A DNA stretch of 64,000 nt from Lytechinus pictus (lineage: Eukaryota): the NCBI RefSeq assembly GCF_037042905.1, contig NC_087250.1, forward strand, positions 25,670,001-25,734,000. Direction: 5' to 3'. Position numbers and translations under genes: made by a program. Below the pieces are notes generated by a model. That model saw nothing but the letters and a program-made list of their open reading frames with translations. It was not told the origin of the DNA and made no database searches. Of this stretch, positions 37,733 to 50,948 are shown in pieces. The stretch's first letter is position 1; each line of letters opens with the position of its first letter.

Positions 37733-39601
37733 AGGGGAAGTTTACCCTGACGAAGAAAATGTTATAACTGGCGCATCAATGATGAGGAGCTCATCCGGCA
37801 TCTCGCAACAAAATTTTAATTTTAGCCTATTTGACACTGTAGTGAATTACATTGGTGACATAAATTGAGGATATAGAATTTAAATTGATAAAACAAATGA
37901 GATAGAAGCATTTTTTGTGATCTATGATTAAATTTCATGTAAATTAAGCATAAATAATTTTCAAGTCAAGATTTCTAAACTCTGTGTAGAACCTTGGTGA
38001 ACCTCATGTAACTCTCAGATGGAACAAAAATAATCAAAATCAATCAACAAATAAATAAGTATTTTTTGCGAGTTTTGAAAATATATGAATAAATTAGCAT
38101 GTTTAATGAGTTTCAAATTTCTGTGTTGAAATTTTGTATCTACACCTCGAGCTATCATATAAAGCAAACAAAATTGAAATTGATCAATTAATGAAAAAAA
38201 AAGCTTTTTGTGATTTACGAATAAACTGCAGAAATTAGCATAAATAATTTTCTAGACAAAATTGTGTGTACAAATTTGGTGAACCTCATGCAGCTCTACT
38301 AGATGGAAGAAAAAAAAAACAAAATCGGTCAAGAAATAAATAACAGGGATTTTTCTGTGAATAATGAATACATTTCGCATAAATTAGCATAAATAATTTT
38401 CTACTGAAAATTTCAAAATTCTGTGTGGAAGTTCGGTTAACCTCATTAAGTTCTACCAAATGGAAGAAAAAAATAAAAATCGATCAACAATTAAAAAAAA
38501 AGATGCATTTTATGTGAATTTTAAATTATACGCATGACTTAGCATATTTAATGAGTTTCAAAATTCTGTGTAGAATTCTTGAACCCCCACCTAATGCTAT
38601 CATATAAAGCAAACAGAATTGAAATCAGACTTGAAATGACGAAGAAAAAGCATTTTGAAATTTAGTCAACAAATAAAGAAAAGGCATTTTCTACAGGTGA
38701 TTTATGAATTGTGCATAAATGAGCATAAATAATTTTCTTCTCCAAATTTAATAACTCTGTGTAGAAGTTTGGTGAACCTAATGAAGCTCTGCGAGATGGA
38801 AGAAAAACTAAATCAAAATTGGTCAACAAATAAAGAATATATGTGATTTTTTTTTAATATGCATAAATTAATTTCGCATAAATTAGCATAAAATTGTTCT
38901 GGTCAAAATTTAAAAATTCTTTGTAGAAGTTTGGTGAACCTCATAAACTCTACCAGATGAAAGCAAAAAATCAAAATCGGTCAATTTAAAGAAGAAGAAG
39001 AAGCATTTTTTTGTGAATTTTGAAAAATGTGCATAAATTAGCATATTTAACGAGTTTCAAAATTCTGTGTAGAAGTTTTGAATCCCCACCTAAAGCAAAC
39101 AGAATGGAAATCGAACTTGAAATGGCGAAGAAGAAGCATTTTCAATTGTGGACGGACGACGGACGCCACGCCACGGCATAAGCTCACCTGGCCCTTCGGG
39201 CCGGATGAGCTAAAAATAGCCAAAAAATAGTTGAAAAATATTGGTGAAGGTTGAGCGAATTCCATAAAAGATAAAGAAAGGTATTAAGCTTTATAACTTC
39301 GCAAATGTGACGTCATAAACTAGTGGGTGTCACATTTTTTTTACGGCCGCAAAATGATTTGTCTATTGATATAACGAAGGTACAATAAAACCCATTTCAG
39401 ATTTTCGGAGAAAATGACATTTCCTTGGTTTTTGACGATACAATATGCAGGAAAGTTGTCGCATATGACGTCACAAATCAAATTATTAAAATTCTAATAA
39501 TTTTGTTATTCTTTGATGGATTTTTTTAAAATATGCCAATATTTGTCTTCCATTCTTTTGGCTATTATTGCAATAAACTTTTGTCAAGGTCAACTTCCCC
39601 T
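37733..39601. mobile_element. Kolobok-like MITE interrupted by a Helentron-type element
   Basis: CTAA|AGGGGAAGTTTACCCTGAC ... GTCAAGGTCAACTTCCCCT|TTAA. Confidence 0.7.
37766..39215 (-). mobile_element. Non-autonomous Helentron-associated (HINE/DINE-1-like) element with a tandem-repeat core
   Basis: The minus 5' end is a TTTTTAGCTCATCCGGCCCGAAGGGCCAGGTGAGCT hairpin followed by (CGTC)n. A partner subTIR AGCTCATCCGGC lies at 37788 beside a short palindrome. The core has about 8 diverged 130-165 bp units (TCTGTGTAGAAGTTTGGTGAACCTCAT...AAATTAGCATA). Confidence 0.75.
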
Positions 39602-40458
39602 TTAAAACTGTTAATACAGTTTGACTAGCGCAGGAGTAGATCAATGACTCTTCTATTTTCCCCGTTCGAGATATGTGCCAGGGAATCAACATATACCTTT
39701 TACCATATTTCTTTTTTTCATGCATTCTATTTGTCTATTTATTTATCGTTTTATTTATTCATATATTTATTTTTTATTGTTTTATTTTATTTTATTTCAT
39801 TTATTTATTTATTTCTATTTTTTTTTTTTTTTTGGGGGGGGGGGGATTAACCAAAGCATTGTCGTAACTGAAGAGGCTACCCTGGTAAATTGAAACTGAA
39901 ATAAATTCGCGATAGTTTAAATTCATTTCGGCATGCTGGTTTAAACCAGGGCTCTGTGCCAAACATTAAGTAGCCGTTAAAATACCGAAACAGACATAAA
40001 CCATCCGTATACTCACAACATTAAAAATTACCAATCACACAAAACAGAGGAAACTGAACTTCATCTAAATACTTGAAAAATCGTGTTGTGTGTTTTTTTT
40101 CTGGAAATTAAAGCAAGTATATAAAGAGAGTAGTGCAACGTTTTATAAAATTTCGTATGCAAAAATGTAAAATTAATAAAGTAGTCTCTATTGTGTGACT
40201 GAACGGGCAGAACATATCTCGAAATAAGGACATTACATTTTTCTCGCCGATATAAAACGTTTCGAGATGTCTAAAGTCCAATATATAAGGCCATCATTTT
40301 TTTTACTAACTAGCGATATATATTACTCAATTTGTTAATTCCTGTAGCATCTATCCACCCATTAAGTAATGAATAATCACGCTTGAAAAACATTTTGTTA
40401 TTCATATAACATAACATTTTCAATATATGCACGAATTTGTTTTCATTTTTTTCTTCAG

Positions 40459-40961
40459 ATAACCAAATGTCAACTGTCTCCAGAGATGACTTCGAGAATA
40501 TGGTCCTGTCTGAGTTCCTTCACCTCACTTAGCCATCTCACCATCTCTGACTCATCTATCAGTTTCCCTCCATCTCCTCCTGAGCTACCATCCATCACAT
40601 ATCTATCAACTAAGAGAGTGACGTCACAATGCTATGAAGGGTTGATCTCAACACTCCCTGCTTTGGTATATATCAATATCATTATCGATGATGCAGATGG
40701 AGACATAGCCAATTTCACGGCTGGTCTTCGTCGGACTGGAGGACGCAAGTTAACATGGATCACCCTTCAAGCACCGCCACCACTCCCATCAGAGAAGAAG
40801 ACTGTTTCAAGCAAGACAATGAGAGGACTGGGTCTGCTCATCAAGGAACATACCAAGAACCTGGAGTATCTCATTCTGGACAGTGTGAAGTGTACAGACG
40901 AGGATGACTTGGTTTATCTCATTGAATGCTGCAGACATGTGAAGACGATGGAATACGTAAG
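40459..40961 (+). CDS. NLR coding exon 6: LRR-like module B (last exon identified)
   Basis: TTTTTCTTCAG| phase 0; LSHLTIS, LVYINI, LTWITL, LEYLIL repeats; donor AG|GTAGGT phase 2. An in-frame TAG at 40963-40965 ends the ORF if the donor is not used. Confidence 0.85.
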
Positions 40962-42332
40962 GTAGGTTCTTGTTTTAAACATTATTTGTTATTATAACTA
41001 ACACACATCAATCAAAATCAGTAGTTTGATTCACAAACAGTGTTCATAATAAAGTACACTTTATTTTTTTTATGTTATTAAGGTGTCAATTCAAAGCAGT
41101 TGCTCTATTCATATAGTATGTGTATAGGTTATTTTATGATAATTTTTGGATGTATTGAGAGAACAAAATCTAGCATTGATAGAGTCAGATTATCATTATC
41201 TTAATCCTATGTATCCTCTGTTAGAATTATTATTGAAAATAATATGACACATCCGTAAGCACGTTAACATCACAAGAAGTCCCTCAGTAACTAATTAGCA
41301 CCAGGGCTTACATTACTGTTACTTAAACTGTTAAAGCAATTGTATATTTCTTTTTTTATTAACATTAAAAACCACAAATGAAATGACAGATTAAAACCAG
41401 TTATCATTTCCAAATTTAAGCACAGTAGAAATATTGAATACTCGATAAGTTGGTGTATTTTCCCCAATGGTCTCTCAATATTTCATTTCTATCATTTTCA
41501 TTAAAAGAAAAAAAGTGTATGTGTTCTTGTCTTAATCAAAATGATTCAAACTCATTGAGTTTAAAAACTATTCTCAACAATATCAAATACATGACAATTA
41601 CAGTTTTATATCATTAATTTGTTAATCTCATGAGTGTGATATGACAATCGAAATTTCACATTCGGTGATATCAAGCTCCCTTCCTCGGTTATTCCTTTTT
41701 AACTTCTTTGAAAATGGCTCAAAGTACCATCCCCATCATTTTGCAAATTAACGACAAATCCATCAGGCTGGCACATCACATGCTTTAAAATGGCATTATA
41801 TTATTGCGTTTTTGTTTATTATATTAGTCACCAAGCCGACCAATACAAATCTCAAAATGTATTTATTTAAACTCGATTGCCATAATTTACTTCGTCACCA
41901 TCATCTCACGTTAACTGCAAGCCAAACAATTACATCTTTTAGGGGAAGGGGTCGCCGAAACGCATGTTCAACATATATCAAGAAAACTTAAACAGCACTC
42001 ACATTTCCGCACAAATCACGTTTCAATTTGAAATGATAATTTGGAGAACCATGATCTTGATATCCGTTATTGCAAACTCTCATCTATTCCAATAATGTGC
42101 AATGCGCTAACTCCAAATGGAATGATGTGTTAAACACTTTTGCATTATCAAGTATAAATTTTGATTTCCGAAGGGAAGAGTCAACAAAAAAATCTTCAAT
42201 CCAAACAAAACATTCCAATATTACAAGCATATCCACCTCAACCATAAAAATATACCACAAGACACGCACACATTTTGATACACACTCCCCATCTTATTTT
42301 GATTTCTTACGCCCATGGCTTTCTTTCATTAA

Positions 42333-42915
42333 AGGAGAATGAAACTCTTGGAGCAAGTTAGCTTTTGTGAAAGCAGAAAAATCAAAGAATAAGATCAACA
42401 AAACTTTGAGTAAAATAGGACTAGCAATAAAAGAGTTATGATCATTTGAATGTCGAGATCACTAATGCTATGGAGATCCTCCCATTGGCAATGCGACCAA
42501 GATCTGTGATGTCACACACGTACAACTCTCCCATTTGGACACTGAAAATATACCCCAAAACATCTCTTTTTGCTCATTCTAATCATATGACAAACGATTC
42601 ATCAATGATATAATGTTGTGAAACCTCTGTACTTGTCATCTCATAAAGAGAACACCTCACCTTGTGATAGACTCTATAAAAGTGATAATATAAGTGAAAT
42701 AAGTACTAAAGTAATGAGGGAGTTGTACGTGTGTGATATCACAGATCTTGGTCGCATTGCCGTTGGGAGGATCTACATGGCACTAGTGATCTCAATATTC
42801 GAATGCTCATAACTTTCTTATTATTCATTCAATCTTCCTCAAACTTTCAACAATATGTTTCTTTGATTTTTCTCTTTGATATGGATTCAGCTGGTTTCAA
42901 GGGTTTCATTCTCCT
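42333..42915. mobile_element. TTAA-flanked Kolobok-like palindromic MITE
   Basis: TTAA|AGGAGAATGAAAC ... GTTTCATTCTCCT|TTAA, with strong internal inverted arms at 42455-42531 and 42719-42793. Confidence 0.85.
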
Positions 42916-45900
42916 TTAATATAGGCTTTATCTTTGTGGGAAGCTGTCTAATGGTAGGGTGGCTTCTTACCTCAAGCGCCTTGACACTGAATCACCCAAC
43001 GATATCCACGTGCTTGTTTACCATGTAAGTCACTGCTCTGTTTTTACACTGTGTCATTGCAATATTACATTATTGACACACTAGTGTCATTATTGATGGT
43101 AAAGTATGTACGTGTCAGGATAAATCGAAAGATAATCCAACAGTGAAAGATTGAATTAATGCAATTTGAAATCTAATGTGTAGTAGTAGCTCTTATCTGA
43201 TTCATAATTCACTCAACTCTTTTTAACGAAAATATATAGAATTTCTAATAAATTCGTGAATTGTTTCTTGAAAATTCACGAATTTATAAGGGGGAAAAAA
43301 CGTTTTTATGTGTGTCTTTGCCTAGGTTAGTTCTGTTTTAAACACGTTTTTGTTCTGTTTGCAACCGTTTGGGATTTGCCTTCGATATGCCGAAGTTTGC
43401 ACACATTTGTATTCTCTGGATTTTGTGTGATCTTATGTATTATATGCCTTTTATTACTGTAGTTGTATGGATTTTCGTCTTATGCAATTGTGAAATAAAT
43501 TGAATTGAAAGCAGGCAAAACGCGTTATTTAATTTTACTTTATTTTCTTATACTCCGACGATTAGGAAATGAGACATTTTTTATGAAGAAAACAAAAAGC
43601 ACTCAGTAAATGCCGTGAATGTGGAAGAAAAGATGAAAGATGTGATCGCGTTTTGATATATAATTTGCTATATATTTAATGTAAGAAAAGGTCAAAGGGG
43701 AAAGCGAGATGAAGAAAGGGAAAGGGAGAAAAGTCAGAATACGTAAATTTGGCTATTTCTTATCATAGTTGGTCAGCCCCATATATAAATATTCCCTTCA
43801 TGCCAGTTAACGTTAAACCAATCCTATACCAGTAAAACGTAAGTACCAAGCGATCCGTAATTAACATGAGGGAGGAAAATTGAAGACATAACTCGATCAC
43901 AATTATGACTTGCAAATTGCATAATTATGTTGTTACGAACAGCAAACTTAAGGATGCTTGAATGGTGATCATGGTGATGGTATACATATTGCATTTTCTG
44001 TTTGAGTTTGTCACAACCATCGTTGTCTCACGATGGCTTTTACTGGGCCATCTACGATGTCAAGCATGTAAATTCATAAGATGACTTTAAACAATATAAA
44101 TATATAAAACAAAAAATAGCCCGTAGCGGCCTACGATGCCCCATAAAAAACTCAAATTGATACATCATGTGATGATCGTAGGAAATCTACATTATAGGCA
44201 ATAACTACAACCGGCCATCGGTAAATAAACATTCGCTTGATTATAACTATGTAAATATAGTATTATATGAAACAAATATAATATTACCACTCGTTACTTT
44301 TTTACATTGATTGTCATTTCCAGTGAGAAACAACAATTTTGGTATATTCGGGACATGTGTTGTTGTTTTCGTATTAAAATTCAGACACTGTCAGCCAAAA
44401 TACTTTTCAAAATCGTTTTTTTTTTCTCTTTTTCACTCCTGTGAAAATTACTCAGAAAATTACATAACCCCAATGAATGACATGATTATTAAAGATTTTT
44501 AATCATGACAAGGATTACGTCATTCATTTTGTTATATTATTTAAGACATTGATAATTCCTGGTTTGTTTTCGGGCATAGAGTGCACGAGTTCTTACCTGT
44601 CTTATTTCTATTAGATAACTAAATACCAAAACTAATCACCGCAGAAAAATGCAGTCCAAACTTATTTTTTTACTTTGTAAATGAAAAAAAATGAGCAACA
44701 TTACAAAACGAAAGACATTCCTTTACCTCTTTGAGAAGAAAATAGGAAAAAGAAGGCAGAGTTGAAATAATACATAACAAAAAAGCATGTCCCTCCTTAG
44801 ACAAACATCAATAATTTCTGAACCACTGATTGAGCTCGATATATTTTTACATGTCGCGTGTAGGTAATTTTATAAGCTACCATCTGAGTGAATGTTACGG
44901 ATGTACTTTATGTCATGCTTTAGCATGTTTAGTAGCACTGCCAGGAGGCAAAATGTTCACTTTTTAAAAGTCACAAGCCAAATATCATGAGTTTGATTCC
45001 ATTTTATCAGAACTAATTCTACATTCTCATCACGAAAAAATCGTCAGAAGGCTTGAAAAGGGTACTCCCTAAAAGACAGTACAACTTTTTGCTAAATTCC
45101 ATGGTTGAATAAACACAAGTCAAGATTTGCTATAATTTGATTTTTTTACACATTTCTATCGATAAAAATGATCGAATATGAACAAGTATTGTTTCATTTT
45201 GGAAACTGAAATTATCTTATCAACTTCGTTTCGTTATGTTTATGACAAATTGATTTGCTTCAATGATTCAAAGGTGTTTTATCAAACATTCCCGCTTGAA
45301 TAAACATGTGGAATATGAATAGCTCCTTTTTGCGTTATTGGAAATAAATGTAATTGCTTACTATGGATATCTGTCACAAACCTTCTTGCATAGTTCATTT
45401 GATATGATTTTTATGGGAAATCCCTGTGCCTATGCTAATGTGAGAAAGTTCAAGGCCTTGTTCCCACTCTGCGAGGTATCAATTATTATTTTAGTGTGCG
45501 CACCTTTTGTATAGTGTCACTCTGAACCATGTGCAAAGTTTCCTGAAAAAATGTGTTGGCAGAAGTAACAAAATCTGTCCTTGAAACAAACTGTTATTTC
45601 ACTTTTGTTAAAATGTTGGTTTCCTCTGTCATAGACCTTGTGTACACTATTGGTGCATATGTTCAAGAATATGTAACCCTTCATGTAATATGGTGGAACT
45701 TTCTTTCAAAGCTGTCTTTATCAGTGTCATTTGACAGTAATGTTTATCAACCTATGGGCAGAATTATCTGCAAAAATGAAATTGATTTGTTCATTTATAG
45801 ATGATGAGCACGCATTAAAGAGGGAAGAAATGATTTTCAATGTCACATAGTTATTTCGAGGGGTTATAAAATGAATAAGGGGAAAATTCTTTCCAAATGT

Positions 45901-48900
45901 GACCTAATTGGTGTTGGTTTATCATCCATCATGATTATCACCACACCCTTTCTGAAGTTTTTACACTTTCACGGTTGAACGAGCACACTTGAAAATATAG
46001 AAATGAATACTCTTTATGTTGCATAAAATAAATTCATTCCTTTCCTAACAATTTCTCTGGATCAGTAGAATTTATGGACAAATCAGTGGTGGATTCAGAA
46101 TTTGAAAATGGGGAAGAGCCGATAAATTGGGGAGGGGAGCCACTAACACTTTCAATTTTAACATGTATTTTTTTTTTAGTTATAGAGGATACTACCATAA
46201 AACCCTATGATGATGTGTCACAAAAAAAATTGCCCCCTCACCATTAACATTCGCTATCAAAATTGTATGTGGAGTGGCTAAATGTTACATCATTAGCACC
46301 ATAAAACTCACCACAAAATAAAAACATTCTCCCAACTTTGTATTTACACAATTTGATAAACTACAATTGTGACTTAAAAAGTGTCATTTTTAGAAAACCA
46401 CCTACGAAATAGAAAACCACCTGTGAAAAATTATATCTCATAATTATTTCCATTCAAAGGTTACAGCATTTTGATTTAGAAGGGACTTAGTTTTCTACTT
46501 TAATTCCAATTTCTAGAAACGAAAACGAAGAATAAACCCCAGAAACGACCTTTAAGGTATTAGTCTGCAAGCACAGACCCCAATCTCTCCTGTCTGCGTG
46601 AAATGAGAGTAGAGCCAGTCACAGAACTTATTGAGTTTAGTCTAACTGCTTCAGACTCTGCATTTTGCACTCTGCAAAAAAATAACAAGTGTCTGTACCT
46701 GTGGATCATTTAAGTTCTTCCACTTAAATACATAAAGAATTGAAGAATCGAAAGCTAAAATGAAAATAAAGTTTCCCTTTGTTTAGATTTTTCCCCTGTC
46801 ATCGTTCCGTGAAAAATAAAAAGAGAAAATCGGAACAAAAATAACAAAAGGAAGCAATTATTGACCTATTTTCCCCAATATTTTATATTTCACTTTTCCA
46901 TTTTTACTTTAAAAAATGATTTATCTGATCGTATAATCAAATTGTTGATTAAAATACGATGAAGAGCAATAGAGTAATAACCGGCAGACGAATAAAAGGA
47001 TGCAGACAAAATGAAGAAATATTAAACAAATTAGCGATATAGGGGCGGTTGGAAAGTGAGATAAAGAGGGGCAAGGACATGGGCCTGGGAATGATTTTTG
47101 ATGGGCTGTATTGGAAAAAAAAAAGTAATTTAAAAGAAGAAACATCGACATTTTGTTGCATACAAAAATGCTATGTACATGGGCTCCGAATATAAAGAGT
47201 ATTACAATGAAAAGAAGGAGGTGGGAATAACAAAAGCTATATTCTTTATATATCCGCGATATTTGGTTAAAAATAACGGCAATCTGCAAGGTTTAAATTG
47301 CTTTGATATCAAGAGGTTCCGGGGGCTCCGCCCGGAACACAACCGCATAGCACTGTCGTATATGTGTATGGTAGGGTTCTACAACCAAGAACAAAATAAA
47401 AAAAAAACAAGGAGGAAAGGAAAGCAAAGCAAAGGGAAAATGTAGGATATGATTTCTTTACTGAATATAATGTCAAAACATATTTCAAAGTTAGATTCTT
47501 ATTTTATTCTCGCTTGCTTCGCTCGCTCGGGACTTATATTAAGCAGCTTTTTAGCACATGCGCATAATGCGCCCCTCATTTTTCTTTTTACTCTTCACGC
47601 TACTGCCGCAAAGAATCCTATTCAAAGTGGCGCACAGACCACAAAAAAGAAATGGAAAGAGAGAAGGTGATACATTATTATTCTTTTGATATCACAAAAT
47701 TTAGTATTTGTATTATAAATATCACAATCAAAATATCAAAATGTTTGCTCGCGAGCGAAAGCAACTTTATTTCTTAAAGATAAAATTTGCGTGATAAGCA
47801 ATATCTGGCCCTCTCAAAAATCCCGCCCCATTACGCCTGTTCATACCATGATATGACCGAGAAATTTTCGGTTCTTGCCCTCCCTGGCCACCGACCCCTG
47901 TTACGCCGCAGGCTATACGACGGTTTGACTGACCGCGATTTCAATGCGCGCGGTCAGTCAAACCATCGTATCGACACTAACAGACTAAGCACTGCATTGA
48001 CTTTGTTCGTAAAAGCGATACGATATTTTGACTGATCGCGCGCATTGAAATCGCGGTAAGTCAAAACTTCGTATCGCTTTTTCCCTATGGCCTTTTTGTA
48101 CAGGGAAAATCTAAAACGCCGCCCAAATCGAAATTAGCTTGTAGCTTTTTTGCGATATTTTTATCGAATCCTATAGTTGTTCTTAAAAATAAAGATACCA
48201 ATGCCAAGCAATTTTCTTGGTCTTTCTAACCATGTATTTTTTTTAGCAATGAATATGTTGTAAGGCTCGGGAATTAAGTGTGAAAATTATAGTGAAGTTT
48301 AGAGTCGATTTTCTCTGAAATTGGTTTGCACCGTTGTATGTGTGATAGGATGGTTCGGATGACTGCCGACGAATTATCAAAACCAATGCACTAAAGAAAA
48401 TTACCCTCCGTAATTGTTAAGGTAAAATATATATTCAATATGCGACATTTCTTTGTTTAATTACTAGATAATGTGTTATCAATTCTAAATGTTGGATATC
48501 TCGGTGGCATTTATATTGTTTTCTGTCTTGTTTTAGGGTGATAGAAAGGATTTAGACGCATATGTACCTCGTTTCCCACAATGATTGAACGATGAGCATG
48601 ATGAGGGTAAAGCTGACTTCTACGTGTGCTATTAGCAGATCGTATCGTATCGTACCACGCTATGGAATGGAATAAACGATGAGAACATAAGAACCCATAT
48701 GGTGAAGTAACACTGCTATGTTCCACACCGGACCTTGAATATTATGCTCATATTCAAGCTTGTAAATATAATAGGTATACGATATACATGTAATATTTAT
48801 TTATTTATTCATGTTTTATTTACAACAAACTGATAAAATAAGGTGGGCGGTAGTTCGGTTCAGTTATAAAACGAAGCCCTTCCCCTTTACAAACATAACA

Positions 48901-48967
48901 TGGAACGTAAACATGATAATGTATACATAAATACAAGTGAAAATTAACATAAAAATTCATTTATATA

Positions 48968-50862
48968 TCATATTTTCAAACAGGTAGTCAGTAATTTCTG
49001 TAAGGCACATGGCTTTGGAATGGAGTGGTCTGAATCCGGATTGACGTTCCGATAATAAACTACAGTGCGCCCCCCAAAAACTATACACTTTTGAAATGGC
49101 TGCCAAATAAACAATGTAGCACTTTGGGGGAAAAGACATATAGATATGGAAAGCCAATAAAGTCAACTTTCAAATGACAGCAAAACGTTGGAAAACTATT
49201 CATGCTTGAGCGAGCCCTGCCCACTGAAACAAAGGATATGAAAATTAGGGTGGGCCGGAATTAGCCTTCCAATTTCTTTCAGGTTTTTTTTTGTTTGGTA
49301 CTTGCAAAGTTGAGGGTTATTTGGTGAATTAAAGATCAGTTGTGATCAGTTTGTTGTTTGTGAAAATTCAATGCATTATTGAATTTAAAAAAAGCATGAA
49401 TGATCATGAATTGCAAATTATAGTGCAGCATTTTGTCTTTATCATGTGGATCTCAACAATGTGTTCATGAGAGTCAGGAGAAGAGGGATAATAGCTCTAT
49501 GATATGACTCAGGTAGGTGAAGTACGTTGATGGGATAAAGGTCAACAGAACATTTATCAACCCCTCTCACCATCTTAACACCCCCCCCCCCGCTTCTCTC
49601 CTCCTGAGAGATTAAGCTCGGCTAGGCTGGGCAGGAATTAGCCTTACAGTTTTTTGAGTGGTTAGCCCTTTGGAACTTACAAAGCTAAGGGTGTTAAGCT
49701 AATGAGTGAGATAAGTTTTTGTTTCTTAGGCAAATTTCCACGAGTTACTAAATTGAAATTTAATGCATGAGTGAACAGGAATTGTAAGGTGGACCTCAGA
49801 AGTGTGTTCGTGAGAGTCAGAGTAATGTGATGGTACATGTTACAAGCAAGAGGGCGAGATATGCAAAGACTTGATTAAAAGGACATTCCTCTTCTTTTTG
49901 TCCTTTTACAAATTAAAAGTCATACCTTCCCCTCTCCACCTCCATTTCCCAGCCCCCCCCTCTCTCTCTCGCTCTCTCTCACTTCCTGGATTGTAGCCTA
50001 TTTAAAACTTAACTGCCAAGTGACCGGTGGCTGAGGGTCAGTTTTATTTATTGAATCATTACCAAGAAATTTAATGGGTATGATGATTAATGAAATAATT
50101 TATTGAAAAAAATGAATGTTTGATTGGTCATATTGTACATTGAATGAGTTGATGTACTAATAAATTGTTCATTAAATTATTGATAGGAAAAAGTTGATGC
50201 CCGAATTCAAAATTTATCATTATAATCAAGATTCTGCTCTGGACTTCACGCGTTCATGACAAAGCCATAAGTCTCTCAACAGGAGGGGAGGGCGGGAAAG
50301 AGGGAGGGGGCGGGACTCAATGTTCTGTTGATCCTTATTCTATCAACCTGCTTCTCCCACTTATTAAAGTCCTATCTCACCCCCTATTCTCCCGACTCCC
50401 ATGAACACATTGCTGAGATCCACATGATAAAGTTGCAATGCTGCCCAAAAAGTGTAATTTATGTTCACTCATGCATTAAAGTTGAATTTAATAATTTATT
50501 GAATTTGCTTAAGCAACCAAAACTGGTCACGGTTGATCATTAATTTATCACAACGCCCTTAACTTTGCAAGTTCAAAAGGATTCGCCTCTCAAAAACTGA
50601 TATAAATTGGAAGGCTAATTCCAGCCCACCCTAATTTTCACACCCTTTGTTTCAGTGGGCAGTGCTCACTCAAGCATGAATAGTATTCCAACTTTTTGAT
50701 GTCACTTGAAAGTTGACTTTTTTGGCTTTCCATATATGTAAGTCTTTTTCCTCAAAGTGCTACAATTTTTATTTGGCAGCCATTTCGAAAGTGTATAGTT
50801 TTTTTTTGGACGCACTGTATTTTGGTTAAGATACGGATACATTTGTTTGTGTACTGCTTTTT
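48968..50862 (-). pseudogene. Short LINE RT fragment split by the Tc1/mariner-type MITE
   Basis: Removing 49063-50817 and one TA restores KAVHKQMYPYLNQNSLLSERQSGFRPLHSKAMCLTEITDYLFENM. Confidence 0.75.
49063..50817. mobile_element. Non-autonomous Tc1/mariner-type element with long TIRs (copy 2, complete)
   Basis: TA|CAGTGCGCCCC...ACTATACACTTTTGAAATGGCTGCCAAAT ... ATTTGGCAGCCATTTCGAAAGTGTATAG...GGACGCACTG|TA. Confidence 0.9.
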
Positions 50863-50948
50863 TCCCGATCGGGGAAAATATGGGTAAAATTTTGTTCGCC
50901 CGCCCCCCCCCCCCTCTATTGGCAAAAGATGGATCCGCTCCTGATATT

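Noticed and set aside
44323..44445. Candidate terminal NLR exon after TTTCCAG
   Set aside because: The translation has no LRR character and the sequence looks intronic.
45416..45425. Perfect kB site GGGAAATCCC
   Set aside because: It is an isolated single site in repeat-like sequence with no nearby TSS evidence.
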